DNA from: an uncultured Chloroflexia bacterium
GTDB lineage: Bacteria > Chloroflexota > Dehalococcoidia > DSTF01 > JALHUB01
DNA: 64,000 nucleotides
Assembly (NCBI GenBank): GCA_963703345.1
Contig: OY969814.1
Location: 1,120,001-1,184,000 of the forward strand
Direction of reading: 5' to 3'
Shown here: positions 1 to 10,543 of the stretch, one piece after another
Layout: every line of letters starts with the position of its first letter
Numbering within the stretch: position 1 is the first letter of the stretch
The notes under the pieces: generated by a model
What the model saw: the letters and a program-made list of their open reading frames with translations, nothing else
What the model was told of the DNA's origin: nothing
Database searches by the model: none
Made by a program: the position numbers and the translations under genes

Positions 1-557
1 TTCGTTCTCTCGTCCGAAGGCTTGTAGCCGCCCAGGCGCACCGGCCCCTTCCAGACGTCCGTCACCTCATTCTGGTTGCCGACGATTGTCCGCCAGGTCG
101 CCACCATCGGCAGGTTCGCCGCCACCCCCTGCATTCCGGCGATGAGCTGCGGCATCCGGCCGGGCGCCACCTCCATGATTGCAATCGAATACGTCCCCAG
201 CGGTGACTCGGCGGTTTCCTTCCAGGCCTCGTGCAGACGTTCCGGCGGTATCGGCCCCAGCGGCTCCAGAAGTCGGGTCCAACGCCTCGGCGCCAGCTCC
301 TCGACACGCGCGGTGTACGCCAGCCAGGGTTCGCTGTGCTGCGAGCGTGCGCGGAACTCCTCGAAGACGGCCATGTTCTCGAACTCCAGGACCTGCGTCA
401 CCTGGCAGAACGACTCGATATCGTTGTACCAGGCCGCAGCCAGGCGAAAGCCCATGCGTTCGAGAGGCGGAAGGCTCTCCTGCGCCAGTGCCACGAAGGC
501 GTCCAGGGTTTCCGGACTCGGCGGCTCCAGATTCAGCGTTTCTTCCAGGTAGATCAT
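1..557 (-). CDS. NIPSNAP-like protein (3' end beyond window)
   Basis: Not in the ORF track because it has no stop in the window. Read manually from ATG at 557 with GGAGAAG upstream: MIYLEETLNLEPPSPETLDAFVALAQESLPPLERMGFRLAAAWYNDIESFCQVTQVLEFENMAVFEEFR..., a NIPSNAP-type pattern. Lies 10 bp after the YjbQ-family gene. Confidence 0.6.
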   Translation of the reverse strand, partial: MIYLEETLNLEPPSPETLDAFVALAQESLPPLERMGFRLAAAWYNDIESFCQVTQVLEFENMAVFEEFRARSQHSEPWLAYTARVEELAPRRWTRLLEPLGPIPPERLHEAWKETAESPLGTYSIAIMEVAPGRMPQLIAGMQGVAANLPMVATWRTIVGNQNEVTDVWKGPVRLGGYKPSDERT

Positions 558-567
558 CCGTCTTCTC

Positions 568-981
568 CTACTCGCCGATTATCTTCACGATGACGCGCTT
601 GCGCCGCCGGCCGTCGAACTCCGCGTAGAACACCTGCTCCCACGGCCCCAGGTCGAGCCGTCCCTTCGTCACCGGCAGCACGACCTGGTGGCCGACGAGC
701 GTGCGCTTGAGGTGCGCGTCGCCGTTGTCCTCGCCCGTTCGGTGATGGCGATAGTCCGGCCGGAAGGGCGCAAGCTTCTCCACCCAGTCCGCGAAGTCCT
801 GCCACAAGCCCGGCTCATTGTCGTTGACCCAGATCGCGGCGGTGATGTGCATGGCGCTGACAAGGCAGAGGCCCTCCTGCACGCCGGAGTCACGCAGCGT
901 CGCCTCGACCTGGTCCGTGATGTTGGTGAGGTCCCGTCGCGACTGCGTGTTGAACCAGAGGTAGTTGGTGTGGCTCTTCAT
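568..981 (-). CDS. YjbQ/UPF0047 family (secondary thiamine-phosphate synthase-like)
   Basis: Motifs [19 protein letters not shown] and [16 protein letters not shown]. Start taken at MKSHTNY after GGAGG. Confidence 0.9.
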   Translation of the reverse strand: MKSHTNYLWFNTQSRRDLTNITDQVEATLRDSGVQEGLCLVSAMHITAAIWVNDNEPGLWQDFADWVEKLAPFRPDYRHHRTGEDNGDAHLKRTLVGHQVVLPVTKGRLDLGPWEQVFYAEFDGRRRKRVIVKIIGE

Positions 982-1084
982 TCGTCCTCCCTGACGCTTC
1001 GATGAGTCGACGACCGCGACCGCCAGCGCTGATTGTCGTTGCGACGTTTGCGGTGAGCAAGCTGCGAACGGCAGTGGACCCGAA

Positions 1085-1786
1085 TCACCCGCCGGGATTG
1101 ATCGTGTAAGGCTTCTCAATCATTGACGTGACGACTTGCATGGCATCTGCCCGCAGGTCCGCCGGCACGACGCTCGGGACTGGGCCTGTCAGCAGCCAGC
1201 CGAACTCGACCTGGAACCATGCTTGGCCGTCCTGCCATTCGCAGCGCAGGCGCGGGTTCATCTCCGGCGGCATCGCGGTCGGCAGCGGCGGCTGCGCCAC
1301 AACAACTCCCGGATCGGGAATAACGATGCGGCAGGTAACGGACGTTCCGCTGATATCGGACGTTTGGCAGTCCTTCGGATCGCATTGCTCTAGAGCGTGG
1401 TTCAGTTTCGGCTTGCTTTCATAGATTGCGATGGCGGGGGCGTTCGTTTCCGCGTTTGGAATCAGGAAGACGCGTGCCTCTGAGCCCGAAGCGCCTCCCG
1501 ACGCGGGCACGATGTCGTCACGCAGAAACTTCTGGTTAATGCCGTCGGGCAGGTATGTAGGCAATATAAGAGGCAGGTCGGCGCGGTCCGCCAACTCGGA
1601 AAGGGTTAACCAGAGCGATTTCTCAGTGTCCGACGGCGGGCCGCCGTCGTAGCGAAGCCATTTCGGTTGAGCTGTCGTCTCGCTGGCCACTGAGGCCTGC
1701 TTTGTCCCGGAGCCGCCGCACGCCGGCAGCGCCGCCAGCGACAAGACCGCCGCGACCGCAAACACCACGTAGACCCGAAGCCTCAT
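1085..1786 (-). CDS. hypothetical lipoprotein
   Basis: Hydrophobic signal peptide ending LPAC (lipobox-like) and an LPTYLP motif. Confidence 0.7.
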   Translation of the reverse strand: MRLRVYVVFAVAAVLSLAALPACGGSGTKQASVASETTAQPKWLRYDGGPPSDTEKSLWLTLSELADRADLPLILPTYLPDGINQKFLRDDIVPASGGASGSEARVFLIPNAETNAPAIAIYESKPKLNHALEQCDPKDCQTSDISGTSVTCRIVIPDPGVVVAQPPLPTAMPPEMNPRLRCEWQDGQAWFQVEFGWLLTGPVPSVVPADLRADAMQVVTSMIEKPYTINPGG

Positions 1787-1936
1787 GCCGCCCTTTATCC
1801 TCGGCCGCGATCATAACACGACCGTCAAGTAACGGACAGCACCTGCGGGGGTTAATCGGAAGCTTTCTTCGTCGCCGAGAAACCGTGAAACAATTTGTCG
1901 CCGTTTTGAGCGACAATCAGAGAAGGAGCGGGATTC

Positions 1937-3409
1937 TTACGGGTAGCGGCTGGAGAAGAACTCCCACGCCAGCCGGGAAACCGACTGTCCCAGCGGTATG
2001 TCCTGGTATTCGACCGGCACGTCTTGAGTGTAGAACGAAATCGCATAGGCGCGCGGCCCGCCGCTGCTGTCAAACCTCACGATGCCGATGTCGTTGTCGA
2101 TCCAACCGCCGGGCATCCAGCTAAAGCCGTTCTTGTGCGAGACGACGCCGTCGCCCACCCCGGCGGGGATCAAGTACTGGAGGCCGGGCTTCACGCCCGT
2201 CATCTTCTGCAACAGGTAGTCGCGCCACTGCCAGTTCACAGCACCCCCGTGATAGAAGGCGGCAAGCCCCCGATTGGCGTCGTTTGCGGTGATGACGTTG
2301 AGCGCGCCCCGCAGCGAGAACTCATCTTCGTAGCCGGGTGGATGGTCGAAGAACGTGTTTCGCATGCCGAGCTTGGCGATGAGGTCGTTGACCTTCAACA
2401 GGCCGCCGGGCACCTCGCCGCCCGTCTTGATGAGGAGCTGGTGCGCCGTCACAGGGTTGCTGCCGTATATCGTCCGCGAAATCAAGTCGCCGACGTCGCT
2501 CTCCGGAAAGAGGCCGTTCTGAAGGTCCACGACGTTCGACAGCAGGACGAACCAGTTCACAGTGCAGCCGGCGTAGCGCGGAGTGTCGCCGTTGACGTCT
2601 ATCGACTCGCCCGTCTGCAGGTCAGTGACGGCGACCGCGGCATCGATGCCGGAATCGGCGACGGCAGCAGCGAGACGGTCGCGAAGCTGCAGGAGGTCTG
2701 GGGCGGCGGCGACGCTGAAGGGTGCGCTGGCCCCGCAGTTCACAGAGCCGAACGACCACGTCGGGCTTCCGTGCCAGCCGTCGGCCGCAATCGTGTTCAC
2801 CCGCCAGTAGTAGACAAGGCCGGGCGGCAGGGTGTCCCAGGTCAGGCTCGACTGACCGTTCGGCAACGGGCCTTTTCCAAGAAAGCTGCCGGGGGCAAAG
2901 CCGTTGTCGTAGATGCTGAGATCGAGCCACTGGCTGGCGCCGGGCAACAGGCTTGGCGACCAGGCAAAGGTGATGTCGACGTTTCCGGACGCGACGGCGC
3001 TGCAGGTTTGCGCTGTCGACTGGATGGGAAGGCTTTGCGAGCCGCACTGGCCGGAGACGAAGCTTCCGCTCTTGAGGGCATGCCAGCCGTCCGCGTAGAG
3101 GGCGTTGACCCGATAGAAGTACTGCGTGTTGGCGGCGACTCCCATCCACTTGTAGGACGTCACATTCGACGTGAAAGGCCCCGCGCCGGAGAAGGCGCCC
3201 GCATCCAACCCGGTCGCGTAGAGGGACAGGTCCACCCAGACTTCGCGGGCACCCGGAGCCGAGGGCCAGGCAAAGGTCACTTCCGTTGTGCCCGGACTAG
3301 CGGCGCTGCACGCCTGCTCCACGGGCGCCGGCCCGGTGTTCTGAGAGCCGGGCAGCGTGGTGCTGACGGCCCAGGCGACCACCAGAAAGCTGCAAAGGCG
3401 GTTTCTCAC
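1937..3409 (-). CDS. secreted class A beta-lactamase-like (serine hydrolase fold) protein with two N-terminal Fn3-like repeats
   Basis: C-terminal domain AVAVTDLQTGE...HKNG...NDIGIV. Two repeats ending YFYRVNALYADGWH and YYWRVNTIAADGWH. Confidence 0.75.
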   Translation of the reverse strand: MRNRLCSFLVVAWAVSTTLPGSQNTGPAPVEQACSAASPGTTEVTFAWPSAPGAREVWVDLSLYATGLDAGAFSGAGPFTSNVTSYKWMGVAANTQYFYRVNALYADGWHALKSGSFVSGQCGSQSLPIQSTAQTCSAVASGNVDITFAWSPSLLPGASQWLDLSIYDNGFAPGSFLGKGPLPNGQSSLTWDTLPPGLVYYWRVNTIAADGWHGSPTWSFGSVNCGASAPFSVAAAPDLLQLRDRLAAAVADSGIDAAVAVTDLQTGESIDVNGDTPRYAGCTVNWFVLLSNVVDLQNGLFPESDVGDLISRTIYGSNPVTAHQLLIKTGGEVPGGLLKVNDLIAKLGMRNTFFDHPPGYEDEFSLRGALNVITANDANRGLAAFYHGGAVNWQWRDYLLQKMTGVKPGLQYLIPAGVGDGVVSHKNGFSWMPGGWIDNDIGIVRFDSSGGPRAYAISFYTQDVPVEYQDIPLGQSVSRLAWEFFSSRYP

Positions 3410-3513
3410 AGCGATCCCTCGCGTGCGTTCGTGTTAGCGCCGAAGCCGCCGGCCTTGCGGCGCTGACCTCCATTTTCCCGCATCGGACGCGCTCGATATA
3501 TGAGGGTTGCCCC

Positions 3514-4452
3514 TCACTTTTGCGAGCGGGCCTTGTCGGACGTTCGCCAGGAACCCAGCGCTTCGTCCATGAGCGAAAGCAGGTGCTCTTTCTCGTCCGG
3601 CAGGCGGTAGCCCTCCCAGTCCTGCCGGAATATCGGCACGTTGGCGACATGGTCGAAGCAGATGTTGCCGGTGATCTCCAGCCGCTGCACCAGCCGTCGC
3701 AGCTCGTCGAGCATGTCGAGCGGCGTCATCGGCGAGAACTTGCCGGCGACGCACTCCTCGTATAATGGCGTTCCCGGCGTCAGCATGAGCGGCCGGACCC
3801 GAATGTACGTGGGATCCGTAGCGTTCAGCACCGCGGCGGTATTGCGCGCGTGCTGCCCCGTCCTTTCCCAGCCGCCGAGACCTGGCATGACGTACTCCGA
3901 CAACTCGAAGCCGACCTCCATTGCCTTCCTGCCGGCGTCCGTCATCTCCCCCGACGTGGCGCCCTTCTTGACTTGAGTTAGCACCTCATCGTCGCCGCTC
4001 TCCAGCCCCATGTGCAGCCGGCTGAGGCCGGCATCGCGCAGCCGTTGCAAGTCCGACGCATCCTTCTTGAGCACCGTCTTGGCGCGGGCATAGGACGTGA
4101 TTCGTTCCAACGATGGAAAGCGCTCTCTGAGGTGCGAAATGACTTCGACGAGCGCGTCCGTCTTTACAATGACCGCGTTGGAGTCGGCGAGGAAGGCGGT
4201 GCGCGGCGCGACGGTATGCCCCTGGGCGCGCATCTCGTCGGCAGCGGCTGCCAGCGCGTCGATATCGCCCTTCACCTCCTCGACGGATCGCAGCATTCCC
4301 TTGCGCGGCAGGTCCTTGTACACGGCACAGAAGGTGCAGTAGTTCCAGGGACAGCCGCGCATGACGCGGATAAGCAGCGAGCGCGCCTCGCTGGGAGGCC
4401 GTATCGGCGGCAGTTCGTAGGTCAGAGTCCGCTGGTCTGAAGCTTCAGTCAT
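3514..4452 (-). CDS. radical SAM protein
   Basis: CxxxCxxC motif (CPWNYCTFC), RPPSEA N-terminal motif, GLESGDD. Confidence 0.9.
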   Translation of the reverse strand: MTEASDQRTLTYELPPIRPPSEARSLLIRVMRGCPWNYCTFCAVYKDLPRKGMLRSVEEVKGDIDALAAAADEMRAQGHTVAPRTAFLADSNAVIVKTDALVEVISHLRERFPSLERITSYARAKTVLKKDASDLQRLRDAGLSRLHMGLESGDDEVLTQVKKGATSGEMTDAGRKAMEVGFELSEYVMPGLGGWERTGQHARNTAAVLNATDPTYIRVRPLMLTPGTPLYEECVAGKFSPMTPLDMLDELRRLVQRLEITGNICFDHVANVPIFRQDWEGYRLPDEKEHLLSLMDEALGSWRTSDKARSQK

Positions 4453-4765
4453 TCTGCTGCCACTAGCTCAATTATCACTCTACCAAGCTATGTCGCCAAT
4501 ACTCGTTGCCTGGCGGTCAACGGGCCGCCGTCTCTACGCATATAGTAACCGTCGCCGCCGTCGTTGAGCCTGACGCTTCGGCAACGGAAACCTGACGGCT
4601 TGTCTACGGCTTGCCGTTTCGGACCCGCTGCGGATCGTTTCCCACTTCTTGACCCCGATCAGGCGAGCGATTATCGTTGGCCCATCCGAACGACGATCGA
4701 GTCCACGGAAGACCCTTCCGTGGACTCCTCGCCCCCTCGCTTTCACCGACCAGAGGAGACTGAAG

Positions 4766-6208
4766 ATGGCAATCCGAACCGCAGACGAGTACAGGCAGAG
4801 CCTCCGCGACGGACGAAGCGTATACATGTTCGGCGAGAAGGTGGAGGACGTAACCACTCATCCCATTCTCAAGATAGGCACCGATACCGCCGCTGGCGAC
4901 TTCGTGCTCACCGAATCCAAAGACCAGGCCGTGCGCGATCTCTTCATCGCCGAGCACCCCGAGACCGGCGAGCCGATAAGCCGCTACTTCACGACGCCGA
5001 AGACACCCCAGGACATCGACTTGCGCATGCAGATGATCCAGAAGTCGATCCGGCTCACCGGCGGGCTGCCCTTCGGCAAGGACATCGGCACCGACTGCCT
5101 GAACGCCATCATGGCTACCGCCGAGCAGATGGGAAAGCTGGAGTACAAAGAGCGGGCCCGCTCCTACCTGGAGCACCTGCGACAGAACGACCTCATGCTC
5201 TGCGGCGCCGTCACCGACGTCAAGGGCGACCGCAGCAAGGTGCCCTCGGCGCAGATCCACCCCGACTACTACGTGCGCGTCGTCGACCAGAACAAGGACG
5301 GCATCATCGTCAAGGGCGCCAAGATCCACATCACCGGCGCGCCCGCCGCGAACGAGCTCCTCGTCGTGCCGACGCGCCAGATGCGGCAGAACGAGGCGGA
5401 GTACGCCGTCTCCTTCGCCGTTCCCGTCGCGACGAAGGGCATCCACCTCATCTGCCGGCCCGGCCACGGCGACGTCTCGCCGGCGGAGTTCCCTTCGAAC
5501 CGGCCAAACCGCGGTCTTATCGAGGCGATGATCGTTTTCGACAACGTTTTCGTCCCCTGGGACCGCGTCTTCCTCTGCGGCGAGTGGCAGTTCTCGATGC
5601 TGCTTGCCTACACCTTTGCCACCTACCACCGCTTCACGGCGGTCTCCTACAAGATACCTGCGGTCGAGGTGATGGCGGGCATCGCGGTCGCTATGGCGGA
5701 GGTGAATGGGCTCGACAAGGTGGGCCACATCCGCGGCAAGCTGTCGGAGGTCATCGCCTACGTCGAGACGCTAAAAGCGCTGGGGACGGCGGCCATCAAG
5801 TCGCCCGTCTATTACGGCGAGATCTGCGTCCCCAACCCGCTCGTCACCAACATGGCGAAACTGCACTTCGCCAAGAACTTCCACGAGATCGTGAAGACGG
5901 TCCAGGACATCGCCGGCGGCATCATCACCACCATGCCGACCTATCTCGACTGGCAGAACCCGGACATTCACGACTACCTGGACCACTACCTTGGCGCTTC
6001 GCCTAAGTACTCGACCGAGGAGCGCATGCGGATGCTGCAGCTCACCCACAACGTCTTCGCCTCCGCCGACAGCGCTCACCACGAAGTGACCACTGTCCAT
6101 GCGGAAGGCTCGATGGAAGCGCAGCGAATGATGATCCTCGTCGAGTCGCCGCTGAAGTACTATCGCGACCTCGTTCTGGAGATGGCCGGCATCCAGCCGA
6201 AAGACTGA
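4766..6208 (+). CDS. 4-hydroxyphenylacetate 3-hydroxylase / 4-hydroxybutyryl-CoA dehydratase family flavoprotein
   Basis: EYRQSLRDGR, VTDVKGDRS, GIIVKGAKIHIT, VFDNVFVPWDRVF, HAEGS. GAGGAG upstream of ATG 4766. Confidence 0.85.
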   Translation: MAIRTADEYRQSLRDGRSVYMFGEKVEDVTTHPILKIGTDTAAGDFVLTESKDQAVRDLFIAEHPETGEPISRYFTTPKTPQDIDLRMQMIQKSIRLTGGLPFGKDIGTDCLNAIMATAEQMGKLEYKERARSYLEHLRQNDLMLCGAVTDVKGDRSKVPSAQIHPDYYVRVVDQNKDGIIVKGAKIHITGAPAANELLVVPTRQMRQNEAEYAVSFAVPVATKGIHLICRPGHGDVSPAEFPSNRPNRGLIEAMIVFDNVFVPWDRVFLCGEWQFSMLLAYTFATYHRFTAVSYKIPAVEVMAGIAVAMAEVNGLDKVGHIRGKLSEVIAYVETLKALGTAAIKSPVYYGEICVPNPLVTNMAKLHFAKNFHEIVKTVQDIAGGIITTMPTYLDWQNPDIHDYLDHYLGASPKYSTEERMRMLQLTHNVFASADSAHHEVTTVHAEGSMEAQRMMILVESPLKYYRDLVLEMAGIQPKD

Positions 6209-6275
6209 CCCCGATCGGGCGTCGCCAGAGCGCGCCAGCGCCGCCGGGGAAACGCCCGGCGCAAGGAGGACCACG

Positions 6276-7268
6276 ATGGCCATGGCCTCGACAATGGACA
6301 AGACGGCGATAGGCGAGCCGACGGTTGAGACGTTCAACGGCCCAATCAGCACGGCAGACCTCGGCTTCACCCTCATGCACGAGCACATCATCGGGCAGTC
6401 GGAGGGCGTCGCGAAGAACTTCCCGCAGATCTGGGACGAGCAGGCGGAGCTGGCCAAGGCCGTCGAAGCGCTCACGGCGCTCAAAGCCCGCGGCGTCGAT
6501 ACGATCGTCGATGCCACGGTCCTGGGAGTCGGCCGCGACGTGCCGCGACTGCTGCCCGTCGTCAAGGAAGCGGGCATTCAGGTCATCGCCGCAACCGGCC
6601 TCTATTACTTCAACGACCTGCCGATCTTCTTCCAGTTCCGGGACGTGGACGCCATCGCGGACCTCCTCGTCGGCGACATCACAAACGGCATCCAGGGGAC
6701 GGACGTCAAGGCCGCGATTCTCAAGTGCGCTACCGACGAGGCCGGCGTCACTCCCGGCGTTGGAAAGGCGCTGAAGGCGGTGGCGCGGGCGCACCTTCGC
6801 ACCGGCGTTCCCATCACCACTCACACGCACGCCCCCACGCGACGTGGCCTGGAGCAGCAGGAGCTATTCGCGGCCGAGGGCGTCGACCTGGGGCGCGTCA
6901 TCATCGGCCACAGCGGCGACAGCGAGGATCTCGACTACCTGACGAAGCTCCTGGACCGCGGCTCCTACCTGGGAATGGACCGCTTCGGCATCGATTTCTT
7001 CCTGCCCGACGACAAGCGCATCGCCACCGTTGTCAAGCTGTGCAAGATGGGCTACGCCGAGCGAATGGTCCTCTCCCATGACGCGATGGTGCACTTCGAC
7101 GGCTACCAGCCCGAGTTGCTTATGCGGTTCTTGCCCAACTGGAACTACTTCCACATCGTCGACCACATTATCCCGGCGCTGCTGGAGGCGGGCGTCAGCC
7201 AGGCGCAGATCGATACGATGACGCGCGAGAACCCTCGGCGCATCTTCGAGAACCAGGCCGCATACTAG
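6276..7268 (+). CDS. phosphotriesterase-family amidohydrolase
   Basis: TLMHEH, ILKCA, TTHT, GHSGD and LSHD metal-binding motifs. Confidence 0.92.
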   Translation: MAMASTMDKTAIGEPTVETFNGPISTADLGFTLMHEHIIGQSEGVAKNFPQIWDEQAELAKAVEALTALKARGVDTIVDATVLGVGRDVPRLLPVVKEAGIQVIAATGLYYFNDLPIFFQFRDVDAIADLLVGDITNGIQGTDVKAAILKCATDEAGVTPGVGKALKAVARAHLRTGVPITTHTHAPTRRGLEQQELFAAEGVDLGRVIIGHSGDSEDLDYLTKLLDRGSYLGMDRFGIDFFLPDDKRIATVVKLCKMGYAERMVLSHDAMVHFDGYQPELLMRFLPNWNYFHIVDHIIPALLEAGVSQAQIDTMTRENPRRIFENQAAY

Positions 7269-7505
7269 GCCGCTGGCGCTTCAAGACGGTCCCCAGCTAA
7301 GCTAATCCCCTCTTGACATAACTATGCACTCTGTTTCGTCGGCTAATCGCACGAATAGCCGTGAGCCCCGACGCCGGCCTCCAAGCCCTTGTTTCTTTGC
7401 CCAAGGCCCGTGCTAGACTTGATTTGACGATGCGCGGTGGACCCCAAGAGGAGCGGGCTCGCCGTCGGCCCCGACAAACCCGCCTGGTTCGGGAGATACG
7501 CCACT

Positions 7506-8576
7506 ATGACCACCAGCGACGCGTACGAGGCGCTGGCAGGGAGGCTTGGCTTCCCCGGCTCCGCCTTGCTCCGCTCCATCCTCGAATCGCTCATGACGCC
7601 TGAGCAGGCGGCGCTCGTCGAAGCGCTGCCCGGCTCCGTGGAAGAGGTCGCGCAGAAAGCGGGCGTCTCCGAGGAGGAAGCGCGGCGGCAACTCGACGCC
7701 CTCTACTACGCCGGCGTCGTCTTCCCCCGCGGCGGCTTCGACAAGCGCGACTACTATCGATTCGCCCGCCACATCATCCAGCTCCACGACGCCACGCTCG
7801 GCAACCAGAACATGGATGTCGAGAAGGACAGGGCCTTCTTCAAGAAATGGCAGGACTTCTGCACCGAGGAGATGTTCGTTCGGCTCGGCGCCATGTTCCG
7901 CATCGTCCCCGGCCGCATCAGCCGCGTCGTTCCCGCGCGCAAGGCGCTTGAAGGGCTGCCCGACGTTCTGCCCTGCGAGGACTATTACGAGATCCTGAAG
8001 GCGCAGGATGTCATCGCGGTCGTTCCCTGCTCCTGTCGCCTGCGCACCAGCGCCGCCGGCGAGGTCTGCGCTCACACCGTCGAGACGGAGACCTCGCACT
8101 GCCTCCAGTTCGGTCGCGGCGCGGAGTACGTGATTCACCGCGGCACCGGGCGCCCGTTGACCGTCGACCAGGCAATCGCCCTCTGCGACGAGATCGAAGA
8201 GGACGGCCTCGTCCACCGCTGGGCGAACAAGGCGGAGATGCTGGACGTCAACACCAGTTGCAACTGCTGTCGCGACTGCTGCGAAGAGTGGGTCTCGCTG
8301 GACGTGACCGACATGCCCGTCGCCGACTGGTGGGAGAAGAGCCGCTACGAAGCCTACGTCGACGACCTCGAGTCGTGCAGCGGCTGCCAGGACTGCCTCG
8401 AGCGCTGCCAATTCGACGCCATTACCATGTACCGCGACGAGAACCACGACCTGAAAGCCGCCATCGAGGCGACGAAGTGCTTTGGCTGCGGCGCCTGCGT
8501 CGTCGGCTGCCCCTACGGCTCGCTCAAGCTCCGTGCCGTCCGTCCGCCGGAGTTCATACCCGGCGCTGTCGACTGA
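7506..8576 (+). CDS. 4Fe-4S binding protein with N-terminal HTH-like region
   Basis: PCSCR, CNCCRDCC and two CxxCxxCxxxC ferredoxin motifs. Start uncertain (7437 is an alternative). Confidence 0.85.
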   Translation: MTTSDAYEALAGRLGFPGSALLRSILESLMTPEQAALVEALPGSVEEVAQKAGVSEEEARRQLDALYYAGVVFPRGGFDKRDYYRFARHIIQLHDATLGNQNMDVEKDRAFFKKWQDFCTEEMFVRLGAMFRIVPGRISRVVPARKALEGLPDVLPCEDYYEILKAQDVIAVVPCSCRLRTSAAGEVCAHTVETETSHCLQFGRGAEYVIHRGTGRPLTVDQAIALCDEIEEDGLVHRWANKAEMLDVNTSCNCCRDCCEEWVSLDVTDMPVADWWEKSRYEAYVDDLESCSGCQDCLERCQFDAITMYRDENHDLKAAIEATKCFGCGACVVGCPYGSLKLRAVRPPEFIPGAVD

Positions 8577-8608
8577 CCCGTGTCTCGGGAACCGGCCAAG
8601 GAGGGACC

Positions 8609-9157
8609 ATGGCCCGCATAAGCTATGCAACTACCTCGCAGGCGAAAGGCGACGCTCACGACGTCCTGACGCAGATGCAGCAGCGCCGGCGCGACGTTCT
8701 TAACATCCACCGCGCCATTGCCCGGAGCCCCAACTCACTGCGCAACTTCCTGCGCCTGGGCAACTCCCTTCTCGTCCACGGCCAGTTGCCGCCCAACCTG
8801 CGAGAGCTCGCCATCCTGCGGATCGCCCAGGTTAGCGGCGCTGATTACGAGTGGGCGCACCATGTGCCGCTCGCGAAGCAGGCGGGCGTCAGCGCGGCGC
8901 AGATAGAAGGGCTTTCCGCTTGGCGGGACAATGCCGAGTTCGACGGCCTTGGGCGCGCCGTCCTTGCCTACGCCGAAGCCGTCGTCACCAGCCGCGACGT
9001 GCCGGACGACGTGTTCGAGGCGGTCCGCAGCCTCCTCGGCGAGGACGATGTCGTCGAGCTGACGCTGGTATGCGGCTACTGGAACATGGTCGCCTGCCTG
9101 CTGCTCGCCCTGAAGATCGATCTCGAACCGGCCTCCCGGAAGTACCTGCCGGAGTAG
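8609..9157 (+). CDS. carboxymuconolactone decarboxylase (AhpD-like) family protein
   Basis: LRELAILR...YEWAHH motif. GGAGG upstream of ATG 8609. Confidence 0.85.
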   Translation: MARISYATTSQAKGDAHDVLTQMQQRRRDVLNIHRAIARSPNSLRNFLRLGNSLLVHGQLPPNLRELAILRIAQVSGADYEWAHHVPLAKQAGVSAAQIEGLSAWRDNAEFDGLGRAVLAYAEAVVTSRDVPDDVFEAVRSLLGEDDVVELTLVCGYWNMVACLLLALKIDLEPASRKYLPE

Positions 9158-9342
9158 CCTCAGCTTACAAATCGCTCCCCGAAAGGCGGCATCAGCGCCA
9201 TTCGGTCCGCCTGCCAATCTTCATCGTTCCTTCACAGCGCATGGCCGGCCGATCACACAGGCAGCACAGCTTTCGGTTATCAAGAGATAGAAGCTTGCTC
9301 GTGCGATACTGCGAGTGTGTCCGAAGAAAGGAGTCCCCAGGG

Positions 9343-10503
9343 ATGAAAGTTCCCGCGTCATGGAGGAATTATCTCTTCTTCTCGCTGCCGGCGGCGATGG
9401 GCCTGGGCTTGATTGCGCTCGTAGCGGTTGCCTGCTCCTCCGGCTCGTCGAATGCGCAGACCACCGGCACGGCCGCTCCGCTCGCCGCGACGTCCACCCC
9501 GCGCCCGGTCGCAAGCGCGCCCGCCGGCAACGAGGGGTCTATTCCGGCTGTTTATGCCGAAGTCAGCCCCGCCGTAGTGCAAATCACCGGCATCTCGACC
9601 TCCGGCGGGCAGCAGTTGGAAACGCTCGGGTCCGGCATCATACTCGACTCCAACGGTGACGTTCTGACGAACTTCCACGTCGTGGAAGGCTCAAGCCAGC
9701 TTGCCATCACCCTGTCCGACCAGGCGGCAGTAGACGCGGAGGTGGTCGGAAGCGACCCGGCCGACGACCTCGCGGTGGTCAAGGGCAACTTCTCCGGCAT
9801 CAGCCTGACCACAGCGACGCTGGGCGACTCGAATTCGGTTCACGTCGGTGAGTCGGTCGTCGCCATCGGCAACCCCTTCGGCCTGTTGCTGACTGTCACG
9901 GAAGGCATAATCAGCGCCGACGACAGAACTCTGGCAACGCAGCAGAGCAAGCCGCTGGTGGACCTCTTTCAGACGGACGCCGCCATTAACCCGGGCAACT
10001 CCGGCGGCCCGCTCGTGGACCTGAACGGCAACGTCATCGGGATCAATACCGCGATTGAGAACCCAAGCGGCCAGAACGTCAACGTCGGCGTCGGCTACGC
10101 GATCCCCATTCAGAATGCCAAGGACCATCTTCCCGACATGCTCGCCGGCAAGACGATCGTTCACCCGCGCCTGGGCGCGGGCACAATCACCGTCACGCAG
10201 AACGTGGCGAAGACGCTTGGGCTGTCGGTGAACCAGGGGGCGTACGTAGTGGCCGTCGACCCGGGAGGGCCGGCTGACAAGGCCGGTCTCAAGGCCGCCG
10301 GCACGGGGCCCAATCCCCTGCTGACACCGAAAGGCGGAGACGTGATCGTCGGCGCGGACAGTCAGCAGATAAGCACGGACGACGACCTGATCAACTACGT
10401 GGACCACAACAAGGCGCCCGGCGACAACATTACGCTGCACGTCGTGCGCGGGAGCGACCACATCGACCTGACGGCGACGCTCGCCGCCTGGCCGAACCCA
10501 TAG
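9343..10503 (+). CDS. HtrA/DegP-like trypsin serine protease with PDZ domain, lipoprotein
   Basis: TNFHVV, DLAV, TDAAINPGNSGGPL, a C-terminal PDZ domain and an AVAC lipobox. Confidence 0.92.
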   Translation: MKVPASWRNYLFFSLPAAMGLGLIALVAVACSSGSSNAQTTGTAAPLAATSTPRPVASAPAGNEGSIPAVYAEVSPAVVQITGISTSGGQQLETLGSGIILDSNGDVLTNFHVVEGSSQLAITLSDQAAVDAEVVGSDPADDLAVVKGNFSGISLTTATLGDSNSVHVGESVVAIGNPFGLLLTVTEGIISADDRTLATQQSKPLVDLFQTDAAINPGNSGGPLVDLNGNVIGINTAIENPSGQNVNVGVGYAIPIQNAKDHLPDMLAGKTIVHPRLGAGTITVTQNVAKTLGLSVNQGAYVVAVDPGGPADKAGLKAAGTGPNPLLTPKGGDVIVGADSQQISTDDDLINYVDHNKAPGDNITLHVVRGSDHIDLTATLAAWPNP

Positions 10504-10543
10504 CGTTGCTGTTGGAGCGAGAGCTTACCATGAGGAGGGAGTC

